From: Candidatus Cloacimonadales bacterium
Lineage (GTDB): Bacteria > Cloacimonadota > Cloacimonadia > Cloacimonadales > JAIOQZ01
Assembly (NCBI GenBank): GCA_963662655.2
Contig: CAXXTU010000002.1
Span: 2,912,001 to 2,976,000 of the forward strand
Direction of reading: 5' to 3'
DNA length: 64,000 nt
The translations under genes and the position numbers were made by a program. Each line of letters starts with the position of its first letter. The first letter of the stretch is position 1. Shown in pieces: positions 17,485 through 27,768 of the stretch. Under the pieces are notes generated by a model, which was not told the origin of the DNA, did no database searches, and saw only the letters and a list, made by a program, of their open reading frames with translations.

Positions 17485-19017
17485 TCAGCGGATTCCAGCC
17501 CCATCGATCTGCCAAATGCTAATGGGGTTGTAGAAGACCATGTGGTTCAAGAGGTGATTCTCTTCATAATCGTTTCCATCGATTATCGATTCATCGATAT
17601 CACTTGTCTCGAAGTAGTTATTCGGTGAGGTGATATCTCGTGAAATCCCCTGGTAGTATTGCCCCCATGAATCTGGCATGGAATTTGTCCCAAACGTATT
17701 GATCGAGTGGTTGTTTTCACCATAGAAGTTATTTTGGTAAATGTTCGGCAAGCAGTAATGATAGCTGTTTTGAACATAATAAAGGTTCGTCTCAATATTA
17801 CTGGTGTCGTTGTAGAAATTGTTGAATCGTATGGTGTCGTTCGAGGCAGACAAGGATATGCCGAAGCTGTTTTGATCGTAACAGTTATTGTGGATATCCG
17901 AATAGCAATAGATCGTTCTGAATCCGATGTAGTTTCCAAAACAGAAGTTATCGAAGAGGTCGCCATCAACATACTTGATGCGAATTCCTTCCCGATTTCC
18001 ATAGAACAGATTGTAATTCAGAGTCAGCGACGTATAAAGGTCTTCATCGGAGCTGACCAGAATCCCCTGGCCCACATATCGGTTATCGATTTCAGACCAC
18101 AACTTATAGTTCATGAATATGCAATTCGAGATAGTTATACTGGCTGTGGAACTGTACTCCATCGTGAAACCGCGCATACCGGTATCGAAGATGAAATCCT
18201 TGATGTACATATCGGGATGCTGACAATTGATACCGTCGTTTGCAAAGGAGAGCCTTCCGGCCTGGAGGGGAAGAGAGTACGCGTTTCCTTGATACAGCGT
18301 GATGCGATTGAAGAAGTCGGGAGTTGTCCTTGTCGTGTTTACGAGGTCGTCGCAAAGGTCGTTGGATGTAAACCAGTACGGATTAGTAATATCCGTGCTT
18401 GGCAGGATGACACCGTAGAGCGTGAGATTCCGGTCGGTCGCGATCCGTATGACAGCCCCGGGTTCGATCGTTGCGCTGGAGATGGTTATGTCATTGCCTT
18501 CTGATCCAAGGATGTAATGATGACCGGTCTCGAAAACGGCAGGTGTCGTGATGAGCCCATCGTAATAGGTAACAGGGTAGAGCTGGATGGACTCGTCGAG
18601 GACGTGGTCGGTGTTTGAATCCACGACGACATTGAAGTGATATGCAAACCCGTATTTTGGATGACACGCCACAACGATGTACTCGTCTTGCGGAATATCC
18701 TTAACCGTGAAGTTTCCGTCGCTGTTTGTCTCTGCTGTTTTCACCGGAGTATGAAGGCGGTGATCGAATGTATTCCGGGCTGTGAGAGGGACGCCGATCT
18801 GCGGGTATTCATCGAGTATGGTCGTCACTTCGGAATTTATTTCAGGAACCGTGTAAACGCCGATCTGAATCCCCTGCAAAGTGTCTGCTTCCAGGCTGAT
18901 ATGACCCGAAATGGATGCCTTGGGTGATGTTTTATCTCCGCTGTCGTCACAACTGCAGAGAACGATTATTACGCTTATCAATAAAATGCCGAGAATGCCG
19001 GAAAACATCGCTCTCAT
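17485..19017 (-). CDS. Lipoprotein with carboxypeptidase-regulatory-like domain and right-handed beta-helix repeats
   Basis: Lipobox-like VLCSC; ISGHI...TNSDGNFTVKDIP..EY beta-sandwich; repeated I.NC.F..N/YNLFYGN/NNFY beta-helix repeats. Confidence 0.65.
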   Translation of the reverse strand: MRAMFSGILGILLISVIIVLCSCDDSGDKTSPKASISGHISLEADTLQGIQIGVYTVPEINSEVTTILDEYPQIGVPLTARNTFDHRLHTPVKTAETNSDGNFTVKDIPQDEYIVVACHPKYGFAYHFNVVVDSNTDHVLDESIQLYPVTYYDGLITTPAVFETGHHYILGSEGNDITISSATIEPGAVIRIATDRNLTLYGVILPSTDITNPYWFTSNDLCDDLVNTTRTTPDFFNRITLYQGNAYSLPLQAGRLSFANDGINCQHPDMYIKDFIFDTGMRGFTMEYSSTASITISNCIFMNYKLWSEIDNRYVGQGILVSSDEDLYTSLTLNYNLFYGNREGIRIKYVDGDLFDNFCFGNYIGFRTIYCYSDIHNNCYDQNSFGISLSASNDTIRFNNFYNDTSNIETNLYYVQNSYHYCLPNIYQNNFYGENNHSINTFGTNSMPDSWGQYYQGISRDITSPNNYFETSDIDESIIDGNDYEENHLLNHMVFYNPISIWQIDGAGIR

Positions 19018-19242
19018 GATTCACCTTCTTATTCTTTTTCTTATGAAGAGATAAACTTCCACCTTGTCAATCATTTTCTTGAAGATGCCCCCAAGTTATC
19101 GCTTTCCGGGCGCCCGTGCCGATGTATATCAAACGAAGTACCGGTGAAATCGGATGCATCAATCGGGGAATACAGAAAATATTCTTGACAAGCAACTTGC
19201 AGATATGAGTATGAAAAAAAGAAAACTGTCAAGAGGGATCGT

Positions 19243-20346
<1,104 letters not shown>

Positions 20347-20368
20347 CATCCAATCGATAAATTATTCT

Positions 20369-20401
20369 AAAGCCAGTACCTGTGTTCTGGCTTTTTCTTT
20401 T
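20369..20401 (+). terminator. Intrinsic terminator after the ABC ATPase
   Basis: aaagccag...ctggcttt stem followed by a T-tract. Confidence 0.6.
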
Positions 20402-20497
20402 CTCCGTCCCATGAAATACTGGTCTGCGAATGATTTATATTCACAATAAGGAACGATTCTTGCATCTGTTTCAAGAAAACCCCGGGGGTCCCATTAT

Positions 20498-23400
20498 ATG
20501 CGTAAAGTACTCATGTCTTTGTTGATTGGCTTGCTCGTTCTCTCCATGAGCGCAATTCAGAATAATGCAAAAGTATTCACACACGAATTCTCTTCTTCCA
20601 GCAGCACGGTTCTTCAGTTCAAGATTGGAGATTTCCAGCTCGTATCGCAGGAAGGCGATCATAGCAGCTACACGCGAATCCAACATCCTGAAGCAGCACT
20701 GACACTTGAAAAAGGAAAACCGGAGTTGCCGGTGTTTTCAACGACGATTGCCGTTCCGGCCACCGGCAACGTTGTTCTTGAATGGGATGTAATTCAATCG
20801 CAGACAATCCACGGGATCAACCTGTATCCTTCGCAAGGCGTGGACCTGTCGGGTAACGATACGACTTTTCACAGGGATTCTGCCATATACGCAAGCAAGG
20901 ACTACGTCGTCGAGCAATCGGCTCGTATCAGCGAACCGGTAGTCATGCGCGACGTGCGATTGGTAAACATCAGCGTTTCACCCGTAGGATGGGATGCCCG
21001 GAGTCAGGAACTGGAGATCGCCTCGGAAATCAATCTGACGGTTCGGTACGAAAGCGGGAATGGAGTAAACGAGATTCGTTCAAACCGCAAGCTTTCAAGA
21101 AGCTTCGAGAAGCTGTATGAAGCGAATATCGCCAACTGGGAGCAGGTACGCGACGATAATCCGGAGTATCAGCAGCGCTCGATTCTGGTCATATATCCGA
21201 ATATCACGGAGCTCGTCACGTATATCGAATCTTACATGGATTGGAAGAGGTCCAAGGGATTCTATATTGAAGCCCATAGTACGGCTGAAACAGGCACGAG
21301 CAACTCGGACATCAAAAGCTTCATCCAGGATTGCTACAATTCCTGGGAGAACCCGCCCGAGTACCTGGTTCTGGTTGGAGACCCATCCGGAACGTACAGT
21401 ATGCCAACGTGGTTCGAGAATTGGACAAATTACGAAGGAGAAGGCGACCATCCATACACATTGCTGGATGGCGACGACTATATCTCCGATATCCTCATTG
21501 GTCGAATCTCGATAGGTTCCGTAACGGATTTCCTCACTTTCCTGTCGAAGATGAACAAGTTTGAGCGTGCGCCGAACCTCGATGATATGGGCTATTATCA
21601 TCGCAGCCTGCTGGTGGGGGACACCAGCCCATCTGGGCTTTCGTGTATTCAGACGAATCTTTTTGTCAAGGACATGATCCTCAACAACGATCCTGAACAT
21701 ACTTTTACGGAGCTCTATAGCAGCGATCCGAGCGCAAGCTCGATGGATACGGCCATCAACCAGGGCGTTCAATTCTTCAACTACCGCGGTTGGGTAGGAA
21801 TGAGCGGGTGGAGTACCGGTAATGTCTCCGGTCTCACCAACACCAATAAACTCATGAATGCTATAATTCTCACTTGCGATACAGGCTCGTTTGCTTCAGG
21901 GACCGCGCGAACCGAGGCTGTGCTTCGCGCTGGGACGCCAAGCGCTCCCAGGGGTGGAATCAGCGCGATAGGCCTGGCGACCACCGGAACGCATACGCAA
22001 TTCAACAATATCCTTTGTGGCGGCATTTTCCAGGGACTCCTCGTGTACGATATGCGAACCATGGGCGAGGCCCTGTTCCAGGGTAAGATGGACCTCTATC
22101 GAGCATATGAGGAGCCCACATACCATTACACGCAAGTATTTACGCACTGGTGCAACCTCATGGGCGATCCCAGTATCGATGTCTGGGTTGGAGAGCCCAA
22201 ATCGATGAATGCCGATTACACGTCCACGATTCACCAGGGAGAGGGCTACCTCGATGTTACCGTGACCGATGGAAGCGGTTTGCCGATCGAAGGAGCATGG
22301 GTAACAATCCGCATGGTCGATTCACAGGGAGAAGAAGATATCTTCGAATCGGGTTATTCGGATGAGAATGGTACGATTACCCATGAATTCAGTAAAACGG
22401 CTGTCGGTGAAGTCTCGTTGGTTGTCACCAAACCGAATTATGTGCCGGTTCTGGGCGATTTCACGATCGAAAGTGGAGACGGCGTCAGATGTCAGAACTA
22501 CGTGGTCGACGATGACAACGAAGACGATTCCATTGGGAACGATGATGGGCAGGCGAACCCGGGAGAAACCATCGAACTGGTTCTCACGGTTCGCAATTAC
22601 AGCTCCTCGACGTTCCAGAATGTCGTGGCGGTGATTTCCTCGGATGATCCTTACATTCAGATTACCGACGACACCGAATCGTGGGAGACGGTCAACAGCG
22701 GAGCCGGAGGACCAACGCCGGACGATTTCGATATCGTCATCGCACCGGACGCGCCGGACGGACATCGTGCTCCGATCGAACTTGTCATTACCGCAGATGG
22801 AGATTATCAGTGGGAAGACAGGTTCTGGCTGGATATCGCGGGGAACGATCTTGATATTGTTTCGTATTCAATCGATGAAGGTGACGGAATCCTGGACCCG
22901 GGTGAAACCTGCGAAACCTCCATCACGATATACAATGACGGTCAGACAGCGCTTTCCGATGTCTATGCCGAAATATCCAGCAGGAATGCGCTGGCGTTGA
23001 CGCCGGATTCGATTGCCTATTTCGGTAACATCTCTCCTGGAAGCACTGTGACCTGTCCGACGGACTGCTTTGAAATCGGTACGCTTCCGCAGATTCTTCC
23101 AGGCATGAGCGTGGAGTTCGAGGTTCGCTTCTACAACGAATCAGGCCTCGACGAAACGGAAACCATCATTATCCCGATCGGAGAAATCGAAAATGGCGAT
23201 CCGATCGCGCCGGATGCATATGGTTATATATGTTTGGACGACGGCGATACCAGTTACACGGAAGCTCCGGACTACGACTGGATCGAGATCGATCCAGGAC
23301 TGGGAGGAACCGGAACGAACACAGGAATAACCGATACCTCGAATGAGGATGACGATATGGACTTCTTCGATCTCCCCTTTCCGGTGACGTTTTACGGAGT

Positions 23401-25720
23401 CGCGTATGAGGAGGTCGGTATCTGTTCCAACGGCTGGATAACCTTCGGCGACGGGGATACGGATCAGGTTACGTTCCGTAATTGGCCGATCCCCGGCGGC
23501 CTTGGACCAAGCCCGATGATTGCTGCTTTCTGGGACGACCTGAGAACGAGCGGCGGCGGTGTTTACATCAAATACGTTCAGGATATGACGATTGACGCTT
23601 TCGTGATCGAGTGGTCCGAGTGCGTTAATTCCATATCGAGTGCGGAAGAGACATTCCAGATCGTTCTATACAATACAGGATTCTATTCGACGCCGACCGG
23701 AGATACTCCGATCAAGATTCAGTACAAGGTTTTCAACAATGTGGACAGCAACAATTCAGCAGGCGGAGCTCAGGGAAACTATTGTACGATCGGGCTTGAA
23801 GATCATACCGGAGGGGTTGGGCTTCAATACTCGTACAATAACGAGTATCCCGATGGCGCGTCGCCATTGGGAAATCAGAGAGCGATTCTCTTTACAACGG
23901 TACCCATCGTTACGCAAGAGCCTAGCCTCGTGCTGGTAGGAACCGATATTGTCGGTTCTGCCGATGACAATGTCCTCATCTACGGGCGGGTTTCCGAATT
24001 TAACGTCTTATTGCAGAATTCGGGTATCGAATCGGCAACGAACGTGCAAGCGTCGATCTCGACAAACTCTCCATGGATTACGATCTTAAACGCTCAATCA
24101 GACTACAACGCCATCGATAGCGGGGAAACTGAAGCATCTCTTCAGCCGTTTCAGGTCGAGGTATCGCCCTGGTGTCCGGATATGGCGGCGCTGGCGTTCA
24201 CGCTTCATGTTACATGCGACCAGAACGAGTGGAATTTCGTGTGTGGGTTGAATTGCTGGGCGCCCAAGCTGGAAATTGAGTCCATCACGATCCTCGATGA
24301 AAACGAGAACGGGTATCTCGAACAAAACGAGGGTGCGGACATTGAAATACAGGTAATCAACAACGGCCACTATGAAGCGACGGACATTACCGGCTTCCTG
24401 TACGTGGATGACGCGATGATCGACATGGCATCGAGCATGGCAACGTTAGGGGATATCGCGGTTAATGAGAGCGTTGATCTCGATACACCGTTCAGCCTCG
24501 AGGTCGATGCGGAATGTCCTGTTCCTCATTCGTTCCGGCTCAATCTCACCCTTTCCTCCGAGACGGAGTATTATGTTCTGCATCAGTTCGAGTACCTGGT
24601 CGGCTACAGCGAATTCTGTGAGTTGGGAGATAACGGATGGTCGCACTATGCGCTCAACGGGGGATCCGACGAGTGGCATCTGGAAGATAATCGCTTCTAC
24701 TCTCCTGGGCATTCCTGGAAAGCGGGTGGTACCGATGGCGATGATTATTCGGACAACGTCAAAATTGGGCTGGAGAGTCCCGAAGTAACGCTTTCAACGG
24801 GAAGTTACCTGACATTCCGCCACTGGATGGATTCGGAGATAAGCGGAAACTGGCCGGGATACTGTTATGACGGTGGGCTAGTTGAAATGTATTACAACGA
24901 CAACTGGATTACGCTTTCTCCGATAGGTGGATATCCATATCTGTCCCGCGGCGAGAACAATCCGCCATTCGATGCGGACACCGGCTTGTTTGCGGGAAGT
25001 ATTGACTGGGAAAGCGCGTGGTTCGATGTTACGGGCTACAGTGGAACCGTGAAATTCCGCTTTGTATTCGGTTCAGATGGCGGTACAATTAAAGAAGGCT
25101 GGTACATCGACAATATCATGATTACGGACAGCTATCAGGCTGTCGAACCGCCTGTCGAGTTATCGGCCATACTTACCGCTCCGAATCAGATCGAGCTTCA
25201 ATGGGCTGCTCCGGATGAAGTACCGGACAGCTATCGCGTCTATCGTTCCCCGGGAGTTGATCAGCCGTTTGTGATGATTACCGAGACGGGCGAAACCGAT
25301 TTTATCGATACCGATTCCTATTCGGCGGTGATCCAGTACTATGCTGTAACCTCCGTGGTGGATGGCAACGAGAGTATCTTCAGCAATACTGCACAGGTTG
25401 AAACGGATTACAGCGGTCAGGGAGACGAGGGCGATGTGCCTCGTTATACGCATCTTGAATGCAACTATCCCAATCCGTTCAATCCGACAACGTGCATCCG
25501 TTATTCCCTGGCGCAAGATGCGAAAACGGAGTTGAAGATTTACAACGTTCGCGGCCAGCTTGTGAGAACGCTTGTTTCCGAGGCGAAACCCGCTGGTAAT
25601 CATCAGGTGTACTGGCATGGTATGGACGAGAACCGGAAGCCGGTCTCATCGGGTGTTTATTTCTATAAATTTAAAGCTGGTGACTACACGAATATTCGCA
25701 AGATGCTGTTGATCAAATAG
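20498..25720 (+). CDS. Gingipain-like C25 peptidase-family protein with propeptide, Ig-like/lectin-like domains and T9SS/FlgD-type CTD (catalytic His apparently replaced)
   Basis: Signal peptide; GKPELPV propeptide motif; WKRSKG, YLVLVGD, DILIGRIS, NYRG, LTCDTG and NLMGDP C25 motifs; C-terminal NYPNPFNPTT...IYNVRGQLVRTLV...SSGVYFY...KMLLIK. Confidence 0.85.
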   Translation: MRKVLMSLLIGLLVLSMSAIQNNAKVFTHEFSSSSSTVLQFKIGDFQLVSQEGDHSSYTRIQHPEAALTLEKGKPELPVFSTTIAVPATGNVVLEWDVIQSQTIHGINLYPSQGVDLSGNDTTFHRDSAIYASKDYVVEQSARISEPVVMRDVRLVNISVSPVGWDARSQELEIASEINLTVRYESGNGVNEIRSNRKLSRSFEKLYEANIANWEQVRDDNPEYQQRSILVIYPNITELVTYIESYMDWKRSKGFYIEAHSTAETGTSNSDIKSFIQDCYNSWENPPEYLVLVGDPSGTYSMPTWFENWTNYEGEGDHPYTLLDGDDYISDILIGRISIGSVTDFLTFLSKMNKFERAPNLDDMGYYHRSLLVGDTSPSGLSCIQTNLFVKDMILNNDPEHTFTELYSSDPSASSMDTAINQGVQFFNYRGWVGMSGWSTGNVSGLTNTNKLMNAIILTCDTGSFASGTARTEAVLRAGTPSAPRGGISAIGLATTGTHTQFNNILCGGIFQGLLVYDMRTMGEALFQGKMDLYRAYEEPTYHYTQVFTHWCNLMGDPSIDVWVGEPKSMNADYTSTIHQGEGYLDVTVTDGSGLPIEGAWVTIRMVDSQGEEDIFESGYSDENGTITHEFSKTAVGEVSLVVTKPNYVPVLGDFTIESGDGVRCQNYVVDDDNEDDSIGNDDGQANPGETIELVLTVRNYSSSTFQNVVAVISSDDPYIQITDDTESWETVNSGAGGPTPDDFDIVIAPDAPDGHRAPIELVITADGDYQWEDRFWLDIAGNDLDIVSYSIDEGDGILDPGETCETSITIYNDGQTALSDVYAEISSRNALALTPDSIAYFGNISPGSTVTCPTDCFEIGTLPQILPGMSVEFEVRFYNESGLDETETIIIPIGEIENGDPIAPDAYGYICLDDGDTSYTEAPDYDWIEIDPGLGGTGTNTGITDTSNEDDDMDFFDLPFPVTFYGVAYEEVGICSNGWITFGDGDTDQVTFRNWPIPGGLGPSPMIAAFWDDLRTSGGGVYIKYVQDMTIDAFVIEWSECVNSISSAEETFQIVLYNTGFYSTPTGDTPIKIQYKVFNNVDSNNSAGGAQGNYCTIGLEDHTGGVGLQYSYNNEYPDGASPLGNQRAILFTTVPIVTQEPSLVLVGTDIVGSADDNVLIYGRVSEFNVLLQNSGIESATNVQASISTNSPWITILNAQSDYNAIDSGETEASLQPFQVEVSPWCPDMAALAFTLHVTCDQNEWNFVCGLNCWAPKLEIESITILDENENGYLEQNEGADIEIQVINNGHYEATDITGFLYVDDAMIDMASSMATLGDIAVNESVDLDTPFSLEVDAECPVPHSFRLNLTLSSETEYYVLHQFEYLVGYSEFCELGDNGWSHYALNGGSDEWHLEDNRFYSPGHSWKAGGTDGDDYSDNVKIGLESPEVTLSTGSYLTFRHWMDSEISGNWPGYCYDGGLVEMYYNDNWITLSPIGGYPYLSRGENNPPFDADTGLFAGSIDWESAWFDVTGYSGTVKFRFVFGSDGGTIKEGWYIDNIMITDSYQAVEPPVELSAILTAPNQIELQWAAPDEVPDSYRVYRSPGVDQPFVMITETGETDFIDTDSYSAVIQYYAVTSVVDGNESIFSNTAQVETDYSGQGDEGDVPRYTHLECNYPNPFNPTTCIRYSLAQDAKTELKIYNVRGQLVRTLVSEAKPAGNHQVYWHGMDENRKPVSSGVYFYKFKAGDYTNIRKMLLIK

Positions 25721-25737
25721 GTTGATAATAGAATTTT

Positions 25738-25767
25738 GGGAGAGTTCTTCGGGGCTCTCCTTTTTTT
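25738..25767 (+). terminator. Intrinsic terminator after the C25 gene
   Basis: ggagagttc-ttcg-gggctctcc followed by T7. Confidence 0.75.
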
Positions 25768-25913
25768 ATGGCCGAACGTCGTGGCGCCTTCGCCCGATTT
25801 CCCTTCCCCCCGTGGATATACCACAGCTTCGAAAGGAGATGGACATGGAAGCTACGCTGTGAAACACCACGCGGTGAAGGGGAATCGAACGAATCCGCTC
25901 ACGACTTGCAGTT

Positions 25914-26657
25914 CTACTCGAATCTTCCGACATCGAAGAAAGTATCAATTTGTGGAATGCTGGCGTTTTTGGCTTCCTGAAGGGTGCCGTTGAAGAGCAT
26001 TTTACCGGAATCGAGGAAGATGATTTTGTCGGCGATGCGGTGTATGCTTGCCAGCTCGTGTGTAACGATGACGACGGAGATGTTGAGCTGCCTTTTGAGG
26101 GTGAGAATGAGTTCGTCGAGATTTGCGCTGGTGATGGGATCGAGTCCAGCGGAAGGTTCGTCGAAGAAGAGGATTTCTGGATCGAGGGCCATGGCTCGGG
26201 CGAGTGCGGCGCGTTTTTTCATACCGCCGGAGAGCTCGGATGGCTTCAGGTAGATTGCATGGCTGAGGTTGACCAGCTCCAGTTTCTTGCGTATGATACG
26301 ATCTTTGAGGATGTCGGGAATTTTGGTGTGCTGTTCGAGCGGGATGCTGATGTTGTCGTAGATCGAAAGGGAGTTCAGGAGCGCTCCGTTCTGGAAGAGC
26401 ATGCCGATGTGCGCGAGGATTTCTTCGAATTCGTTTTCCTCCATCCCCACCACGTTTTTCCCAAAGATTTCCACGGATCCGGCAGCCGGTTCGTAGAGGC
26501 GTAGTATATTCTTGAGAAGCGTGGTTTTTCCGCAACCGCTGCCGCCGAGAATCACGGTGATTTCGGCAGGGAGGATGTCCACACTGATGCCGTCGAGAAT
26601 GACCTTGTCCTCGTATTTAGCGACAAGGTCTCTGACTTTTATGATGGGCTCTGTCAT
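25914..26657 (-). CDS. mlaF: MlaF/Mkl-type ABC ATPase of an MCE transporter
   Basis: GGSGCGKTT, IGMLFQNGAL, PSELSGGMKKRAALARA, DEPSAGLDPI and VTHEL motifs. Confidence 0.88.
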   Translation of the reverse strand: MTEPIIKVRDLVAKYEDKVILDGISVDILPAEITVILGGSGCGKTTLLKNILRLYEPAAGSVEIFGKNVVGMEENEFEEILAHIGMLFQNGALLNSLSIYDNISIPLEQHTKIPDILKDRIIRKKLELVNLSHAIYLKPSELSGGMKKRAALARAMALDPEILFFDEPSAGLDPITSANLDELILTLKRQLNISVVIVTHELASIHRIADKIIFLDSGKMLFNGTLQEAKNASIPQIDTFFDVGRFE

Positions 26658-26669
26658 AATTCAAGCTTC

Positions 26670-27764
26670 CTAAATCAGGTAAATCAGGCTGAAAATCACA
26701 TCCAGCACGATAACCGCGAAAATGGACGCGACCACCGACGCCGTGGTTGCCTTGCCGACTCCCTCTGCTCCTCCGGTCACGCGGAAACCGTAGAAGCTCC
26801 CGATGATCACGATGACCCAGGAGAAGAATGTGCTTTTCACCAGACTGAGCACGATGTCCTTGAAGATGAGCGCGTTGACGCCTTGCTCGATGTAGGCGTT
26901 GATGGTGAGATCGAGGTAAACCATGGCAACGAGCGCGCCGCCGAATACGCCGACGAAGATCGATACAGTAACCAGAAGCGGCATGCAGACCGTCATGGCG
27001 TGGAACTTGGGAACGACGATGTATCGGATGGGGTTGATCGCCATCATCTTGAGCGCGTCGAGCTCCTCGGTAACGTTCATGGTGGCGATCTCCGACGCTA
27101 TGGCCGATCCGCTTCGCCCGGCGATGATGATCGCCGTCATCATGGGTCCCATCTCACGAACCATGGATATCGATACGAGGTTCGCAACGAAGATGTTGGC
27201 TCCGAACATGCGCAACTGCGCTGCCGACTGCAACGCGAGAATCAATCCGAGAATGAACGAAAGCAGACTAACGATCGGGAGGGCATCCACTCCGATCAAC
27301 AGACTCTGTTGAATGAACGATCCCTTGCGCTGCCCCTTGTGATTGAAGATACCCACGAACGCCCAGTAGAGCGTATCGGCGGTGAGATACAGGGAATAGA
27401 TGAACGATTCCCACCAGTTGAGCGCGTGGTCTCCCACCATCTCGAAAAAACCGGCAGGAGCGGTTTTTTCCACTTGCCGGAGGGAAAGCGAGGTGAAGGT
27501 GTCGATCGATTTCCTGACGTCTGTCGAAGCGCCGATCAATGCGGGAGCATTCCCGAGCTTTTCGACGCGCTGGATTATTTCATCCAGGAACGCGACGCCG
27601 GAACTGTCGATCATGGTGACGTTATGGATGTCGATCGACTCGATGGACGCGATATCCTTCATGACCGAAAACTGGGTGAAAAACTCGGGCACCACGACCT
27701 TGTTCAGATATCCGTCGATCTGAATGCCTTTCTCGCTGCGCTGAAGCCTGGGTGTCCGTTCCAT
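26670..27764 (-). CDS. mlaE: MlaE-family permease with N-terminal STAS (MlaB-like) domain
   Basis: N-terminal IDSSGVAFL STAS motif; REMGPMMTAIIIAGRSGSAIASEIATM...EELDAL and GGAEGVGKATT motifs. Confidence 0.9.
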   Translation of the reverse strand: MERTPRLQRSEKGIQIDGYLNKVVVPEFFTQFSVMKDIASIESIDIHNVTMIDSSGVAFLDEIIQRVEKLGNAPALIGASTDVRKSIDTFTSLSLRQVEKTAPAGFFEMVGDHALNWWESFIYSLYLTADTLYWAFVGIFNHKGQRKGSFIQQSLLIGVDALPIVSLLSFILGLILALQSAAQLRMFGANIFVANLVSISMVREMGPMMTAIIIAGRSGSAIASEIATMNVTEELDALKMMAINPIRYIVVPKFHAMTVCMPLLVTVSIFVGVFGGALVAMVYLDLTINAYIEQGVNALIFKDIVLSLVKSTFFSWVIVIIGSFYGFRVTGGAEGVGKATTASVVASIFAVIVLDVIFSLIYLI

Positions 27765-27768
27765 GAGA

